A stretch of 64,000 nucleotides of DNA, taken from NCBI RefSeq assembly GCF_001194135.2, contig NC_068984.1, forward strand, positions 66,209,991 through 66,273,990. Reading direction: 5' to 3'. Made by a program: the position numbers and the translations under genes. This document shows, in pieces, positions 12,153-26,430 of this stretch (positions are counted from its first letter, which is position 1; every line of letters starts with the position of its first letter). This stretch comes from Octopus bimaculoides. Taxonomy: Eukaryota. The notes under the pieces were generated by a model that ran no database searches, was not told where the DNA came from, and was given only the letters and a program-made list of their open reading frames with translations.

Positions 12153-15100
12153 TGTGTTTTCCCTTTTGTAAGATAGTCATATGTAATACGAAGGATATTT
12201 GGTTACTATTTTTAGCAGATGTAGTAACCATAAGGAGACACCTTCATTGGCTCATTTTAGGGTTGCGATTGTAGAGAAAATCCATTTGAAGTGTGTTCAG
12301 ATTTGTCAAAAGCAAAAGTTAATTTTGTATAACGAATAAAAATGGATTATTTCGCTTTCTTTCTTCTTTTACTGTTGAATATACTTGTTAGTTGTTAAAA
12401 AAATACATAAACAAAAAGCAATTGTTATTGTGTTGAATAAAGTTAAAATAAAAATAACTAGTGACAATGAGCAATACAACATAGCTATTGATAGAATTAA
12501 CAGTGTATTTAGAAATCACAGGAAATTATAATGGGACTGTTAATTATAACTTCATGCCATTATGATGCTGATGATTATAAATTTCATCCTAATGGTTGTT
12601 TCCAGTACAACAGTGATTGCAATAGTCACACAGAACAAAAATCAATGCCAATAATAGAATATTTAGAGCCAAAAGGAAACAAAATAACGTTCTTCAGGTT
12701 GTTAATTAAAAAAAGTTATTAAAAAAATCAAAAAAAATCAAACATATGATTCTTAATGTTAATAGTAATGATACTTGTAGTAATTTCTTTCACAACAAGT
12801 CAATTCAAATTCAAAACGAAAGAAAGCTTTAATGAGAAAATTGTGGATGATCTATGCAATTAAATCCATTTCATCTCTTACATTTTAGAAAATTAATAAT
12901 TAGAGAATAAATATAAATAACTACTAAAGCTATGGAATTTGAAATTAGCTTTAACAAAGTATTCCCAACTGTTGTCAATGCAACTAGAAATAATCATTTA
13001 TCTGCTCTTTGTTGCAGGCAAGGGACTTTGTGCTTGTATTTACGAAGGAGATAAAATAAACAGGCTTATTACTTACACAGAAATAATTCCTTCTTATCAA
13101 GAAACAATAAAATTGTTGCAGGCATAATATAAATTACATTGCAGATGAGTTTTAAAATATGACATGTTTCTCAAAGTATTTTCTATCACCAGCACCTGCT
13201 AGCTATATAACTAGATATACTAGTTCTGGTGCAAGCAGTTTATGAAGTAGAATAAATGTTAGTTTGCTGTAAAAAAGATAAGAGGTCTGATAGACATTTA
13301 GTGTAGGATGCATCAACTTATTCCACTTTGTGAACTGGTTCTTTGCATTATATAACAATGCATATCATCACTAATTTACTCCTTGGATTCAACTATTTCA
13401 GTACCAATGCTATATACTGATTTTCCAATCATTTAATATTAGTTGTATTTATTTTTATAGGATTAGAAAAGTACATGGTAGGCATATAATTTAACTGAGA
13501 ACCAGGCTATAAGCTGAAAGGAGCAGTGATTGTATACCCTATATGTGAAAATGTGTCATGTCTGGCAAAGACACTTATCTCTCAGCAGCTGAGTCATAAA
13601 CAAGAAGATGTGTTCAGCGATGAACATTCCATCTTTCATATTTTTTACAGACATAATATACACTGGATTACATCGTCGAATTTGTCATTTTTTTAAGGAT
13701 TGTGAGAGATTTGGGAACTCTTTGAAGTAGGTCAGAAAATCAGAATGAAACTCACTCATTGCTCCAGTTTTAAATACGTTCTTCAAGATGATGCAATTTA
13801 TTGTTGTAAAATATCAGTGATACTGAAAAACTAATGTACATTTTATTGGTTTACAATGATGGACCCAATCCCTTCAATTCCTTTGGTGCTAGAAGCTGCT
13901 TGCAATAGAGACTAATATATTGTCAAGGAGTAGATTTATATCACATTTGCATGAATGATCTCTGAATCTTATGCAACTAGTTATGATTCAGTAAATGATT
14001 AAATTGTTATACTTATTCAATTTTCTAACATTTCCTTTGATAAGGATTCAGTAACCCTCATTAGCTTATCTTTTAATTATGACTATATCCCCAAATGTAT
14101 ATTCAGAGTTTGTTACTAATACACTTTCATAGTAACATCCATTTCCAATTTCAGCTCTGAATAAATGTATCATATTTATATGTAAAATGAAGTTAAAGTT
14201 TATGTTTCGATTTTCAACACAAACTACTTTAATAGTTTCTATTATACCTCTAGCATCATCAGTTTTACAGTAGGACTATGGTAAAACATCTTAAGAATGG
14301 CTTTTTATGATTTATTTTTGTAATGGTTTACAGGTATGCAGAATTTTGTTTTCAGTGACATCCTGTGGGTTTTGACCACCCTGAATGGTAGCAAAATTGA
14401 CTGCTTCTTTCTTAAATTTAACAGAACATCAACTATAGCAAATGAATTGGCTGCCATGCACAGTCTGCTCATTCTATGCTATGCCACTAATCACACTGTA
14501 GGTTAGCATTTCAAGGGCTGTATACATAGACTTCAATTCTTAACTGTTGCCATAAGTTTGGCAACAGCTTATATTCTTTCTGCTGTGGCTGTTATTCTTG
14601 TTTAACTTTAGGTCAGTCCTAACTGAGAAAACCTAAGATCAAAGGAATTCTAATAATGACCATTCCATCTTTTTGCATTATCAAATCCACCACTCTATTT
14701 TTAAGTTGTTAGAGTATAATTTTATGGAGATTTGGTTACTATTTCTAGCTGGTCACACAACCAAGTAGCAGTACCATTATAGACTGCCTTCCTTTCAAGT
14801 TGAGCAGTTATCAGCTGGATAGGCTTCCAGCTGTCAGAAGTGCATGCAACATCCACCAATATGTAAATGTACAAATTTGTGATGAAAACATCTAACCCAC
14901 ACTGACATGGAAAATGGATGTAAAAGCAGTAAAAACATAATAAATAAAGTCTTCTTTTTTTCTCCCTTAAATCATTTTAAAGCCATTAGGTGACCTTTAT
15001 TGACATATCGCTTCTATGATTCATAGAAACCATCCTCATTTTCTGGTTGAAGCATTTAGAATGAGGTAGATAATAAGATGCCAGTGAAAATATATGAGCA

Positions 15101-15785
15101 CATCACACATGAAGCAATAAGCTGCTCCCATATCCACACAGTCATTGTGCATTTCATCTATAATTCATGTACTCCATTAAAAATACAACAAAAAAATAAA
15201 TAAAAGATCAGGAGATACAATGTTGACTTTATTACAAAGCAAAACTATTAGAATTGCACTATAAACATTCACGTGTCTTTGAAATAATTTTCACAAAATA
15301 TCCATTATCGAAAAGTGCTTAACAGGCATAGTTACAGGTCATTTGCAAGTCATTAAGCTCGAAGAGTATACTTAAAAGGGTGACAATTTTAGAAATTATG
15401 TAATTATCTGTCAATGAAGTGTTTCTTAACATTCAATATTCTAAACAGCCCTTTCTTATTTTTTTTATTTTATTTTTTATTTTTGTTTTTTTGGAGAGTC
15501 AAAACCAGATAAGAAAGCCACCAGTTCTAAGACATAAGAGAGATGACATTGCTGCTTTCAGAATTGGCAGAATTGATTAGCAGAAAAATTGCCCTGCAGT
15601 AATTTACTGCATACCTTCACATTACAAGTTCAAATCACACTGAGGACAGCTTTGCATTTAGACATTCTCAGGTTCAATAAAATAAGTAATGGTTAAATGC
15701 TAGAGCTGATATAAACAATAGTGCCCTGCTCTCTCCCCAAATTTCTGGCCTTGTGCATATATTAGAAATTGATATTGTGAACAAG

Positions 15786-15980
15786 TAAGGTGGTGAGCTG
15801 GAAGAATTGTTAGCACACTGGGCTTAGAAGCATTTTGTCTGTCTTTATGTTCTGAGTTCAAATTGCACCAAAGTCAACTTTGCCTTTCAGGGTCAAATAA
15901 GTATCAGTTGAGCACTGGGTTGGCGTAATCGACTTAACCCCACTGCTGAAACTTCTAGCCTTGTACCAACGTTTGAAACA
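15786..15980 (+). mobile_element. tRNA-headed SINE, family A, diverged
   Basis: AAGGTGGTGAGCTGG.AGAATTGTTAGCAC...CTGAGTTCAAATT...AACTTTGCCTTTCA as in 46298-46531. Confidence 0.75.
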
Positions 15981-16430
15981 AATATTAATGACAAGGCAAG
16001 GCTATATAGATTGGGAGAACTAGTACAGTGACAGACAATGCTGTTGCTTCACTATGTTGTTGTTTCACTCTACATTCTGTGTTCCAATCTCACTAAAGTT
16101 GACTTTGGTTTTTATCATTCCAGTATCAATAAAATATGTGTGAATTAAGTAAACCACCTAGATTAATCAATTGCTCCACCCACCACCCATTCACCACAAA
16201 ATGTGTGGTATTGTACCTATGTAAGAAATTAATATGAAAGATGGTATGAAAGATGGAATGAAAGTGCATAATTTCGTCAAATGTTTCTTCCATGTCTGTT
16301 CATTAATAATATATGTAGCAATGGATACAGTAGCCCAGTTAGTACATATGCCACTGTATATTAACAGTAGGTAATGTATTTCATTTATTATACTGTACAT
16401 ATATATTCATTTATGATGTATATACATATA

Positions 16431-17181
16431 TATTGTAGTACGTGAGAAGACCCGGCAAGCCAAGTGAGAGCATAATCTGTGGCCTCTGCCAGAAGTGTAG
16501 CCAGCTCACTTATTTGTATCTTTACTTCATTGGACACTAAACTCTGATTGTGAAGACCTGTTGAGGCAAGTGAATTTGAAATCGAAGTCGAACAAAATTC
16601 GACGACTGGCACCCATGCCAACATCTCCTTCATTGGACACTAAACTCTGGTTGCAAAGACCTGTTGGGGCAAGTGAAATCGAAATCGTAATTGAACCATA
16701 TTCGATGACTGGCACCTGTGCCAGTGGAGCACTAACAGCACTGTTTGAGTGTGATCATTGCCAGAGCAGCTGTCTGGCTTCCGTGCTAGTGTCCCATAAA
16801 TAGCACCATTTAAGTTTGATCATTACCAGCGTTGCCTTACTGTCACTTGAGCCGGTGGCACGTTAGAAAATCATTCACGCGAGGTCATTGCCAGTGCTGC
16901 TGGACTGGCTTCCATGCAGGTGGCAAGTAAAAAACACCATTTTGAGTGTAGCCATTACCAGTACCGTGTGACTAGCCCTCGTGCCGGTGTCACGTAAAAA
17001 CACCCACTACACTCTCAGAGTGGTTGGCATTAGGAAGGGCAACCAGCTGCAGAAACTCTGCCAAGTCAGATTGGAGCCTGGTGCAACCATCCGGTTCACC
17101 AGTCCTCAGTCATATCGTCCAATCCATGCTAGCATGGAAAGCGGACGTTAAACGATGATGATGATGATTATGATGATGATA
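16431..17181 (+). mobile_element. SINE-like family C element, long copy with internal duplications and (ATG)n tail
   Basis: 3' end CCATGCTAGCATGGAAAGCGGACGTTAAACG(ATG)n is shared with the copies at 20564, 46821 and 52597. Internal 103-bp duplication at 16525-16722 and shorter GTGCC/GGCAC repeats. Confidence 0.85.
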
Positions 17182-18580
17182 TACTGTCCCCCCTTTTTTT
17201 ATGGTTAATACATTAATTACGCTGGACAATAAAGATTTTGCTACTGGCGTAAAAGCAGGTGTTTTAGACTAAATCAAGGATGTTGATTCCAAATTTGCAC
17301 TCAGAATTGTTCTAGCACATCAGGATTTTGAGTTATGTGCATGCACAAGAATATAACTACATTTTTGGCTAGATATAGGCCATTTTAGAGCCAATCTAGT
17401 AAAAACAAAAGTCTTAGTAAGTAAGAAGGCAGACAAATCACAAATCCCTTCAGGGATTTGCGGTGTAAGACCAGAACAATGTGAGAAAGTACAAAGTACA
17501 CTATGAAAAGAAAAAGCAAGGGATAGAAAAGTTATATGTATATATAACAACCATGGGTGTTTATAGACAAACTTGCATTTGTTCTTTTAGAAGCATCAAT
17601 GTGTATCATGCAATATAGGCAAGAAAGTGATATTTTGAATGCGGTATTGCTGTTAAAACAGCAGAAGAATTAGGTATTATTACTCTCATAATGCAGAAGA
17701 AGTTGTCAGCAAACAGCCACATTGTTTCTGTCTACCAAATTGACACACAATATGTTTGTTGGCCTGGGGCTATTGTAGAAGACACTTGGTCAATGTGCTA
17801 CACAATGAGACTGAACACAAGACCATGTGATTGCAAAGCAAACATCTTAGCCACACTGATCACGGCACCTTAAGTTAGAAACTAATTAATTATTACATTA
17901 ATGAAAGAACAACAAAATTGTTTTAGATAGTATAGTGTAGGAACAACAGAAACTTTCAGAGTTGCAGCATAGTTACAATATCATTAAACCATATCCAACT
18001 ACAAAAATGTTTATAGGAAAGAATTATTTCCATTGAACACACATACTGTTTTCTGTTTTTAACAATAGACCAAATTCACTGATTCACTGACACGTCATTT
18101 GTTGGGCATGCATGTACACACATACACACATACACACACATGCACATGTACATGTACACACACACATACACACACATGCACATGTACATGTACACACATA
18201 CACAATCACAATACACAGCAGTATTGAAGAGTAGCAACATATATACATGCATAAATATCCTGCCTGTCCTTCAAGCTATAAAGACAAACAGTTTCTAGGA
18301 AACCAACAGACAGTTACTGAAATTAGCCTGCGTCACTATGTATATTCTTCTCCAATGTTGCAAATTATAACCTAATATTGCAGTTAAAAACAAAAATACA
18401 TTTACTTATTCTGTATTTCCTTCATTTGAAAAAAAATGTTTTCAAACTCTCCTATTGAATTAACTCTTATGTTCCTGTATTTCTGTTAAAATAAAGTTTG
18501 TTTTTAATTTTTAAATTTTTTTATTTTTCTGTTAATTTTGAAAAAAATGAAAAATTTAGTAAACCTAGTTTGTCATTATC

Positions 18581-18905
18581 ATCCCTTTCATCATTTACTT
18601 GTTTTGGTCAATGGACTGAGGCCTTGGTTGGGCTCCACCTTGAAAGGTTTCAGTCAAATAAACCAACCCCAGTAGATATTTTTGAAGTCTGGTACTTATT
18701 ATATCAGTTTCTTTTGCAAAACTGAAGCATTTAAGGGATGTAAGCAACTTAACATTAGCTGTCAACCAGTTGCCATCTACCAAATTCAGCTACAGGGCAT
18801 TGATCAAACCAGGGCAACAGAAGAAGATACTTGCCTACAGTGCTGAGTAGTGAAACCAAACCCCAACCACACAGCTACAAAGGGAGCTTTTCAAATGCAC
18901 AGACA
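18581..18905 (-). mobile_element. SINE family B, strongly diverged
   Basis: TTACTTGTTT..GTCA.TGGACTG.GGCC...TGGTACTTATT...GGGATGTAA...CTTGCC..AGTGC. Confidence 0.6.
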
Positions 18906-19927
18906 TTTCTCCATCAAACAAAGAATTTAGTAAATAACTTTGTTGCTACTAAGTTAGTGTTTGGAAGTTGAATCAATATGAAATTTTAATGGAAGATTTT
19001 AAATGGAATGTTTGCACCATAGAATCAGAAGTGATCATAGTTAAGTTAGTATCAAAAGGTTTAGAATAAAACATTAACTGATGTAAACTTGTGTTTGGAA
19101 CTTAAGTTAACATGAAATTTTGATAAAAGCTTTTAATTTACACCTCTTTAAACAGAAAATTTGTATCACACAACCAACAGCATTCCCAGGTAGCTTGGTA
19201 TCAAAAGAGTTAATCACACAAAGAACTAATGCTTATAGTCTTGCCCCATTATGCAGTATTTTTAAATTGCACTTTTAAGCTGACTTTAATAGTCATTTCT
19301 TTGAGTTTGAAATTCATCCATTTGAGCTTGATAAAATAGGTATCTGTTGTTGCTGTAGCCTAACCCCATAGTCAGCTTCATTAAGCAGAACTATGATCAA
19401 AAAAGCATACCACCAATTTCCATTATCGTTTTGACTACCAAAGAATAAACTGTTCCATGGATGCTACTTTATATTTGATGGTAGTATATGATCCAAAGGA
19501 GACTTAACTAATATATTTTGCAATTTCAGCCTCAGCATGGTGGTGTTTCTAATCGGTTTGAATTTGTACATGTGGTATACAACAGAAAATCCCATTCCTT
19601 CTTAGCAAATACTGGCTTTCACTTTCTTTTTGTTTAGAAGAGAGAAATATCCCCTCTAAATTTGATTGTGCATAGTGAAATAAAAACATTACACAAATGA
19701 CAAAAAACTTACAAGGTTAGCTGTGAAGCAAAATGTATTGTTACAGTGATCACGAAATGTATTTTAATGAATGCATATATGCACACATGTCTGTTTTGTG
19801 TACATTCATGAAAATATAGTCAAGGAGTCTTTTAATGGTTTGGGTGTTTAATATATGTGTGTGCATGTGTGAGCGGGTGTGCATGTCGTGTATGTATATG
19901 ATGTGCCTTGGTTTCTATCTGTCTGTT

Positions 19928-19964
<37 letters not shown>

Positions 19965-20563
19965 ATACATATATATATATATATATATATATCTTCTACA
20001 GTTTAGCTGTTCTTGGGTATTCAAGATTCAAGGTCACTGAATTTTCATCAGTGTAATATTCAAATAAACAAAGAAATCCATCCGAATCTCAAAGGATTCC
20101 AGCAGGAACAAAAAAGGTCAAGCTGTGCTGGTATATAATTACCATTAAACATGCATAAATATCCATTGAGCATGTATTAACGTCTTGCTCATTCTGCAAA
20201 CAGCCACAAATTTATACATACCTATGCATTTTCAAATCAAATCAAATAATTATTCTATTTTCAACATTCTACTATTATAAATAACAAGAACTGTATGGAA
20301 GGACTTGATAGTATGTTTGCAGGTTATTAACAGATGTTTACTACTTTTTATTATTGTTTTGTTGTTATTAATATTTTGTAAGTGTTGTGAGCTGGTTGTG
20401 TAAATGTTAGAGATACTCAGTTGCAAAGTGCATGAGTTGGAAAACTTCAATAGAAAGCACACATTTAAACATAAATGTGACATATAAATACATATATACA
20501 TAATATAAACACATGTACACATACACACACATAAATATGTATGCGTGTATGTGTGTGTGTGTA

Positions 20564-20970
20564 TCATCATGATCATGATCATGATGATCATCATCATCGT
20601 TTAACGTCCGCTTTCCCTGCTAGCATGGGTTGGACGATTTGACTGAGGACTGGTGAACCAGATGGCTGCACCAGGCTCCAATCTGATTTGGCAGAGTTTC
20701 TACAGCTGGATGCCCTTCCTAACGCCAACCACTCTAAGAGTGTAGTGGGTGCTTTTATGTGCCATCGGCATGAAGGCCAGTCTGGCGGTACTGGCAACGG
20801 CCATGCTCGAAATAGTGTATTTTATGTGCCACCTGCACAGTCCAGCGAAACTGGCAACAATCTCGCTCGCATGACTTTTCAGGTGCCACCGGCACAAGTG
20901 CCAGGAAGGTGATGCTGGTAATGATCACGCTTGAACAGTGCTCTTAGCGCTCCACTGGTACGGGTGCCAT
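20564..20970 (-). mobile_element. SINE-like family C element
   Basis: (CAT)n-CGTTTAACGTCCGCTTTCC... is the reverse complement of the 3' part of 16431-17181. Confidence 0.88.
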
Positions 20971-21003
20971 ATATGTATATATATATATGCATATATATAT
21001 GTA

Positions 21004-21086
<83 letters not shown>

Positions 21087-21643
21087 GTATGGATGTATGT
21101 GTGTATGTATGCATGCAAGTGATGAGCCTTGAAGCAGGCAAGGGTTTGCTGGGTAATTATTTGCTTGTTTTCATTTTGCTTCCTTTCCGGTTGATGCTAG
21201 GGAGAGCTGAGAGGGTTTTGAATTTGAACAAAATTACCACATTAACTGTGGTAACATACAACAAAATTATTGCTGTTTTATCAAGAGTAATAAAAAAAAT
21301 GCAATCAGCAATTTCTTTCATTTTTAATATACAAACATTCATACAAACATATATGCACCTCCACACAAACATAGATATATGTGTGAGAGTGTGTATGTAT
21401 GTATATATATATATATGCACATATATACATACATACATACATATACATAAATATATGCATGTACAAATAAGCACATGAGCACAGATGCATGTGCATATAT
21501 ACACACTCACATGTACAATACATATTCACATACAGGTACCTTTAGAATTATAAATGCCTTCAAACTGACAATGGTACCTTCACAGATACATGCATATATT
21601 TGAAATAATACATACATACACACACATACACAGACACAGACAC

Positions 21644-21676
<33 letters not shown>

Positions 21677-22929
21677 NNNNNNNNNNNNNNNNNNNNNNNN
21701 NNNNNNNNNNNNNNNNNNNNNNNNNNNNNNNNNNNNNNNNNNNNNNNNNNNNNNNNNNNNNNNNNNNNNNNNNNNNNNNNNNNNNNNNNNNNNNNNNNNN
21801 NNNNNNNNNNNNNNNNNNNNNNNNNNNNNNNNNNNNNNNNNNNNNNNNNNNNNNNNNNNNNNNNNNNNNNNNNNNNNNNNNNNNNNNNNNNNNNNNNNNN
21901 NNNNNNNNNNNNNNNNNNNNNNNNNNNNNNNNNNNNNNNNNNNNNNNNNNNNNNNNNNNNNNNNNNNNNNNNNNNNNNNNNNNNNNNNNNNNNNNNNNNN
22001 NNNNNNNNNNNNNNNNNNNNNNNNNNNNNNNNNNNNNNNNNNNNNNNNNNNNNNNNNNNNNNNNNNNNNNNNNNNNNNNNNNNNNNNNNNNNNNNNNNNN
22101 NNNNCTATATATTCACACTGGTAAAATGATTCACACACACACACATGCACATAGAAAAATGCACACTTACAAATAAATACATATGTGCTCGCACACATGA
22201 AAACACATGCACACACAGGTATATATGTGTGCATGTGTGTGTATATGTATGGGCAGACAAAAAAAACCCCATTGATACACAGGCAAATATACACATACTC
22301 ACAAATACACATAGACACACAGGAAAATATACACATACTCAGAAATGCACATGCATATGCAGACACACTTGTATATTCACATAATCACATGTATGAAAAT
22401 ATAACAAAGTGTTAAGGAAATCAATCCCCAAGCACACTGATTATTAAAAGCTGTATGCAAAAATGAAGGCATGTGTATTCATGATTCGGGTAATGGCTCT
22501 TTCGTCCCCTCACCCTTCATGTATCTTCGCTCAATCAATGCAATTTCGCTCACAGATTCTAATTATTCATGACTATTGGTAAAAAAAAAAAAAAATGTTA
22601 AAGAATAATATATAAATAAATAAATAAATAAAAAAAACAATATCATGATAGCAATCAAGCAGTAGAATAGTTAATGAACCCCAAATCAGTAATCGGTTGT
22701 TGAAATGATATTTAAGATATAGGCATATTGGAAGTTATGTTAGTTCAGTTTTTAGCCATTCTATAATAGGAAGAGAGACAATGGGTGATGATGGTTGTTG
22801 TTGAAGGAGAAATAAATGTTAAGTGTTAGGGCTTTGAGTATGATAAATAAATAAATTAATATTATGAAAAAAATTTTGTGTCAATAGATTCAGAACTGAA
22901 CTGTCATTTTGTGCATTTTGTATTGGTCT

Positions 22930-23204
22930 TGTTGTCATCATTGCTATAGTCGTCATCACCGTGTTCATCATTGAAGTTGTCATAATCAACTTCATCTTCA
23001 TTGTCATCATCTTCATCATCATCATCTTCATCATCATCATCATCACCCTGTCATCATTATCACTACCAGCACCATCACTGCTGCCAATACCAATACCACC
23101 ACCATCGCCCTTATCATCATCATCAGCAGCATTGTTATCAACATCACCACTACATCATTACTACCACCACCACGATGACGACGACAACGACAAATACGAT
23201 GACA

Positions 23205-23239
<35 letters not shown>

Positions 23240-23445
23240 CACCACCACCACCACCACCACCACCACCACCACCTTCATCATCATCATCTTTACTGTCATC
23301 ATCATCATCATTGTCAATATCACATCATCATTATTATTGTTTTCATCATCATATTTATTTTACATCATCAAAGTCCTCATAACAGTTGCTGTGGTAATTG
23401 TTTTATTGTTATTGTTGTTGTTGTTGTTGTTGTTGTCATGGTTAT
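22930..23445. repeat. Compound trinucleotide tract (CAT, GAC, CAC, TTG)
   Basis: Direct reading; source of the poly-S/T/H/D ORFs. Confidence 0.9.
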
Positions 23446-23837
23446 GTGTTTGGGATCATTAATGATGCTGATTAGTTCAGACAGTGAAGGTGAATTGATG
23501 TCAACTGATGTGGAAAGAACACAAGTGAGTGGGTTGGCTGAATAAGGGAATGCATAGAGAGAATTCGAAAAGGATATTGCCAGGGAAATGATACAAACAA
23601 ATGTGGTCAGAGGCTCAGACCTTTGTGATACAATAAAGCTACAAGTATTGATAATAATAATAATCATCTACTATAACAATATTCTTGTGTTTTTCTCCGT
23701 CACAACATATGAATGAGAAAGGAAAGGAAGGGGTGGCAGATGATTAAGGAAGGAAGGAGTGATGGCAAACTGGTAGTGGGAGTGTTTCAAATCTGTGTGA
23801 GTATATGTGTATGTATGTAAAAGTAGGTATGTGAATA

Positions 23838-23871
<34 letters not shown>

Positions 23872-24487
23872 TGTATGTGTGGAAGTGGGATGGTGAACAT
23901 TCAATGCTGAAATGAAAAATCAAACAGCGTTTCAACTCAGTGTGAGTGCATGTACAAGGGAAGTATGTGAACATTTGTATGTGAACCAGCGTACTTTAAG
24001 TAACAAAAGATGATCAATGTCACATCTCAAAAGACAACCACAAGATAACATCAACAAGTGTATTTATTTGATTTATCATCCATATTTATATATAAAATAC
24101 TACAATTAGCTATCATTTTTGATGGCATGGGGCCTAATTTGTATGATAATATTCATTGCTAAAACGAAGTAGTACAAGACCAAAAATTTTTGTTGAAGGA
24201 GGTAGTTGACCAAATCAACTCCAGTATTGGGTTGGTGGAATTTTAATTTATAGACCCCACAATTTTGAAAGGCAAAGTTGACCGGATTGGTTTTGAACTC
24301 AGAACTTAAAGGATGTAAGATGTGTGTTTTCAACGAGAAGAACAGTTCTGAAATCAAATTCCACAGAGGTCGACTTTGTCTTTCATTCTCTTGATGTCAT
24401 TGAAGTAAGTACCTGATGAGTACTGGGGTGAGGGTGTAATCAAATTGCAGGCCTTGTGCTAAAATTTGAAATCATCACCGCTACCAC

Positions 24488-24696
24488 TGATGGCAAGCTA
24501 GCAGAATCGTTAGCACACCAGGCAAAATGCTTAGCAGTATTTCGTCTGTGTTCTGAGTTCAACTTCTGCCAAAGTTGACTTTGCCTTTCATCTTTTCAGG
24601 GTTGATAAATTAAGTACCAGTGAAACACTAGGGTCAATGTAATCGATTAGTCCCCTCCCGCAAAATTTCAGACCTTGTACCTTTAGTAGAAAGGGT
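24488..24696 (+). mobile_element. SINE family A, followed by (ATT)n
   Basis: GGCAAGCTAGCAGAATCGTTAGCAC...CTGAGTTCAACTTCTGCC...GACTTTGCCTTTCATC...AAGTACCAG. Confidence 0.85.
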
Positions 24697-24726
24697 TATT
24701 ATTATTACTATTATTATTATTATTAA

Positions 24727-24757
<31 letters not shown>

Positions 24758-24767
24758 TTTATTATCA

Positions 24768-24981
24768 TTAAGGCGGCGAGCTGGCAGAACCATTAGCATG
24801 CTGAACGAAAGGCTTAGTGGTATTTTGCTCGTCACTATGTTCTGAGTTCAGATTCTGCCAAGGTCGACTTTGCCTTTGATCCTTTCGAGGTCGATAAAAT
24901 AAGTACCAGTTGGACTCTGAGGTTGATGTAATTGACTCATCCCCACCTTCCCCAAGCTGCCCTAGGGGCAAAAATTTGAAA
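24768..24981 (+). mobile_element. SINE family A
   Basis: AAGGCGGCGAGCTGGCAGAA...CTGAGTTCAGATTCTGCCAAGGTCGACTTTGCCTTT...GTCGATAAAATAAGTACCAG. Confidence 0.88.
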
Positions 24982-24994
24982 TAATGATAACTAT

Positions 24995-25767
24995 TATTGA
25001 GTGAGAGAGCAGTGCACGACATCAAAGTGAAACTGGGATAAAATATATGAAGCCCAGTATATCCATCATGACTACCCGTCTGATAAGAGTACACTAGGCA
25101 TGTGCATCACAACCACATGTGTGCAGCATGGAGATCTCATATCAAGATTAACAGTGCATGACCTCGCAGGTGGGACCCAGTTAGAATTTTCTTCAGGTTG
25201 AGTAGCCAATCCCACTCAAAAGGTCCCTGAATAAGGGTTGTTTAAGGATATTAAACAAAAACACCCATGCTTCCAGAGGTGAATTATCCAAACCCCAAAG
25301 AATTCATCTCAACACATGGCTATGATGCTCCCCCACTACTTCTACTCATGATTAGAGATGCACATATTGCTAGCTGCTAAGGGACATGCTCAACTGATTA
25401 TGGTCAAACAACTGACAAGCAAATCTATGGCATTGAGCAGAATATTTGCTGTAGCTCATCTTTTATACCAAGACAAAACAATGTGCATGATAACACTTCC
25501 AATCAGCTAAGATGAGAAGCCATGACAACCACTGCCTGATACTGCATCAGGGCATCTCAGATGGTTACGGTCAGAGAACTGTCAAGCAAATCTATGGTTT
25601 TGAGCAGAATATTTGCTGTAGCTCATCTTTTATACAAAGACAAGACAAAACAATGTACATGATAACACTTCCAATCAGTTAAGATGTGAAGCCATGAAAG
25701 CCATTGCCTGGTACTGCATCAGGGCATTTATTATNNNNNNNNNNATTGCCTGGTACTGCATCAGGGC

Positions 25768-25768
<1 letters not shown>
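24995..25768 (-). mobile_element. ~560-bp (AAT)n-associated interspersed element with partial tandem duplication of one end
   Basis: 24995-25555 is the reverse complement of 56875-57430. Its terminal ~170 bp is repeated at 25570-25730 and the element abuts (ATT)n. No ORF. Confidence 0.8.
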
Positions 25769-25816
<48 letters not shown>

Positions 25817-26430
25817 AGTAGTAGTAATAGTAGTAGTAGCTGTAGTAGTAGTAGCATCAGTAGCAGTGGTAGCCACAGTGGTAGTAGTAGAATAGAGGAT
25901 GTTAGAGTTACTAGAGTGTTGGATAAAATGCTTTGAAAAGATATTTTGACAATTTTATTTATACCATAGACGGCTACGAATCAAAACTGGCATAAACACC
26001 ATCAAAAGGTCAGCTTTTCTTGAAACTGTAAATATTCTAAGGAAAGCACTGTCTGTTTTCTGTGTGAAGTGTTTATAGATATGATCGAAACAAATATATT
26101 TTTGCTGTTTTCCAGTATTTAACACCTGTATTTTTTTTATGTAAATACGACCAAGTAAGTAATATGTATAACTGCAACAAGGGCAATGAATTGTCAGAAT
26201 TGGTAGCTCAGTTGAAATAGTGCTTACAACAGCTACTTGCATAACTTAACCATTTTGCATTCAAGTTAGTGACATCTGACCCAAATATTCTGCCTGTTTT
26301 ATGTTCAAATTATCATGGTCCAGGCTCTTACACGTACCCAACAATGTCATACTAAAAATACACAATATCATCAAAATCACAAAGCTATGAGATAATGCAT
26401 GATTAATTCAAAACAGTGTCATATTTTAGA

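Noticed and set aside
17200-17540. Possible DNA-transposon subterminal fragment
   Set aside because: No terminal repeat pair or coding motif could be established by eye.
20879-21529. Y/I/C/V/H/T-rich ORFs (also about 11266-11748, 32229-33209, 38567-38883, 58066-58391)
   Set aside because: Translations of AT/GT/CA microsatellites, open in several frames on both strands.
22819-23545. Poly-S/T/H/D ORFs (also 28158-28579, 53020-53419)
   Set aside because: Trinucleotide low-complexity tracts with no domain and no splice context.
25705-25775. 30-bp duplication around a 10-N gap (also TGTTGGATCATA around 32769-32778)
   Set aside because: Identical sequence on both sides of a minimal gap is typical of unmerged contig overlap.
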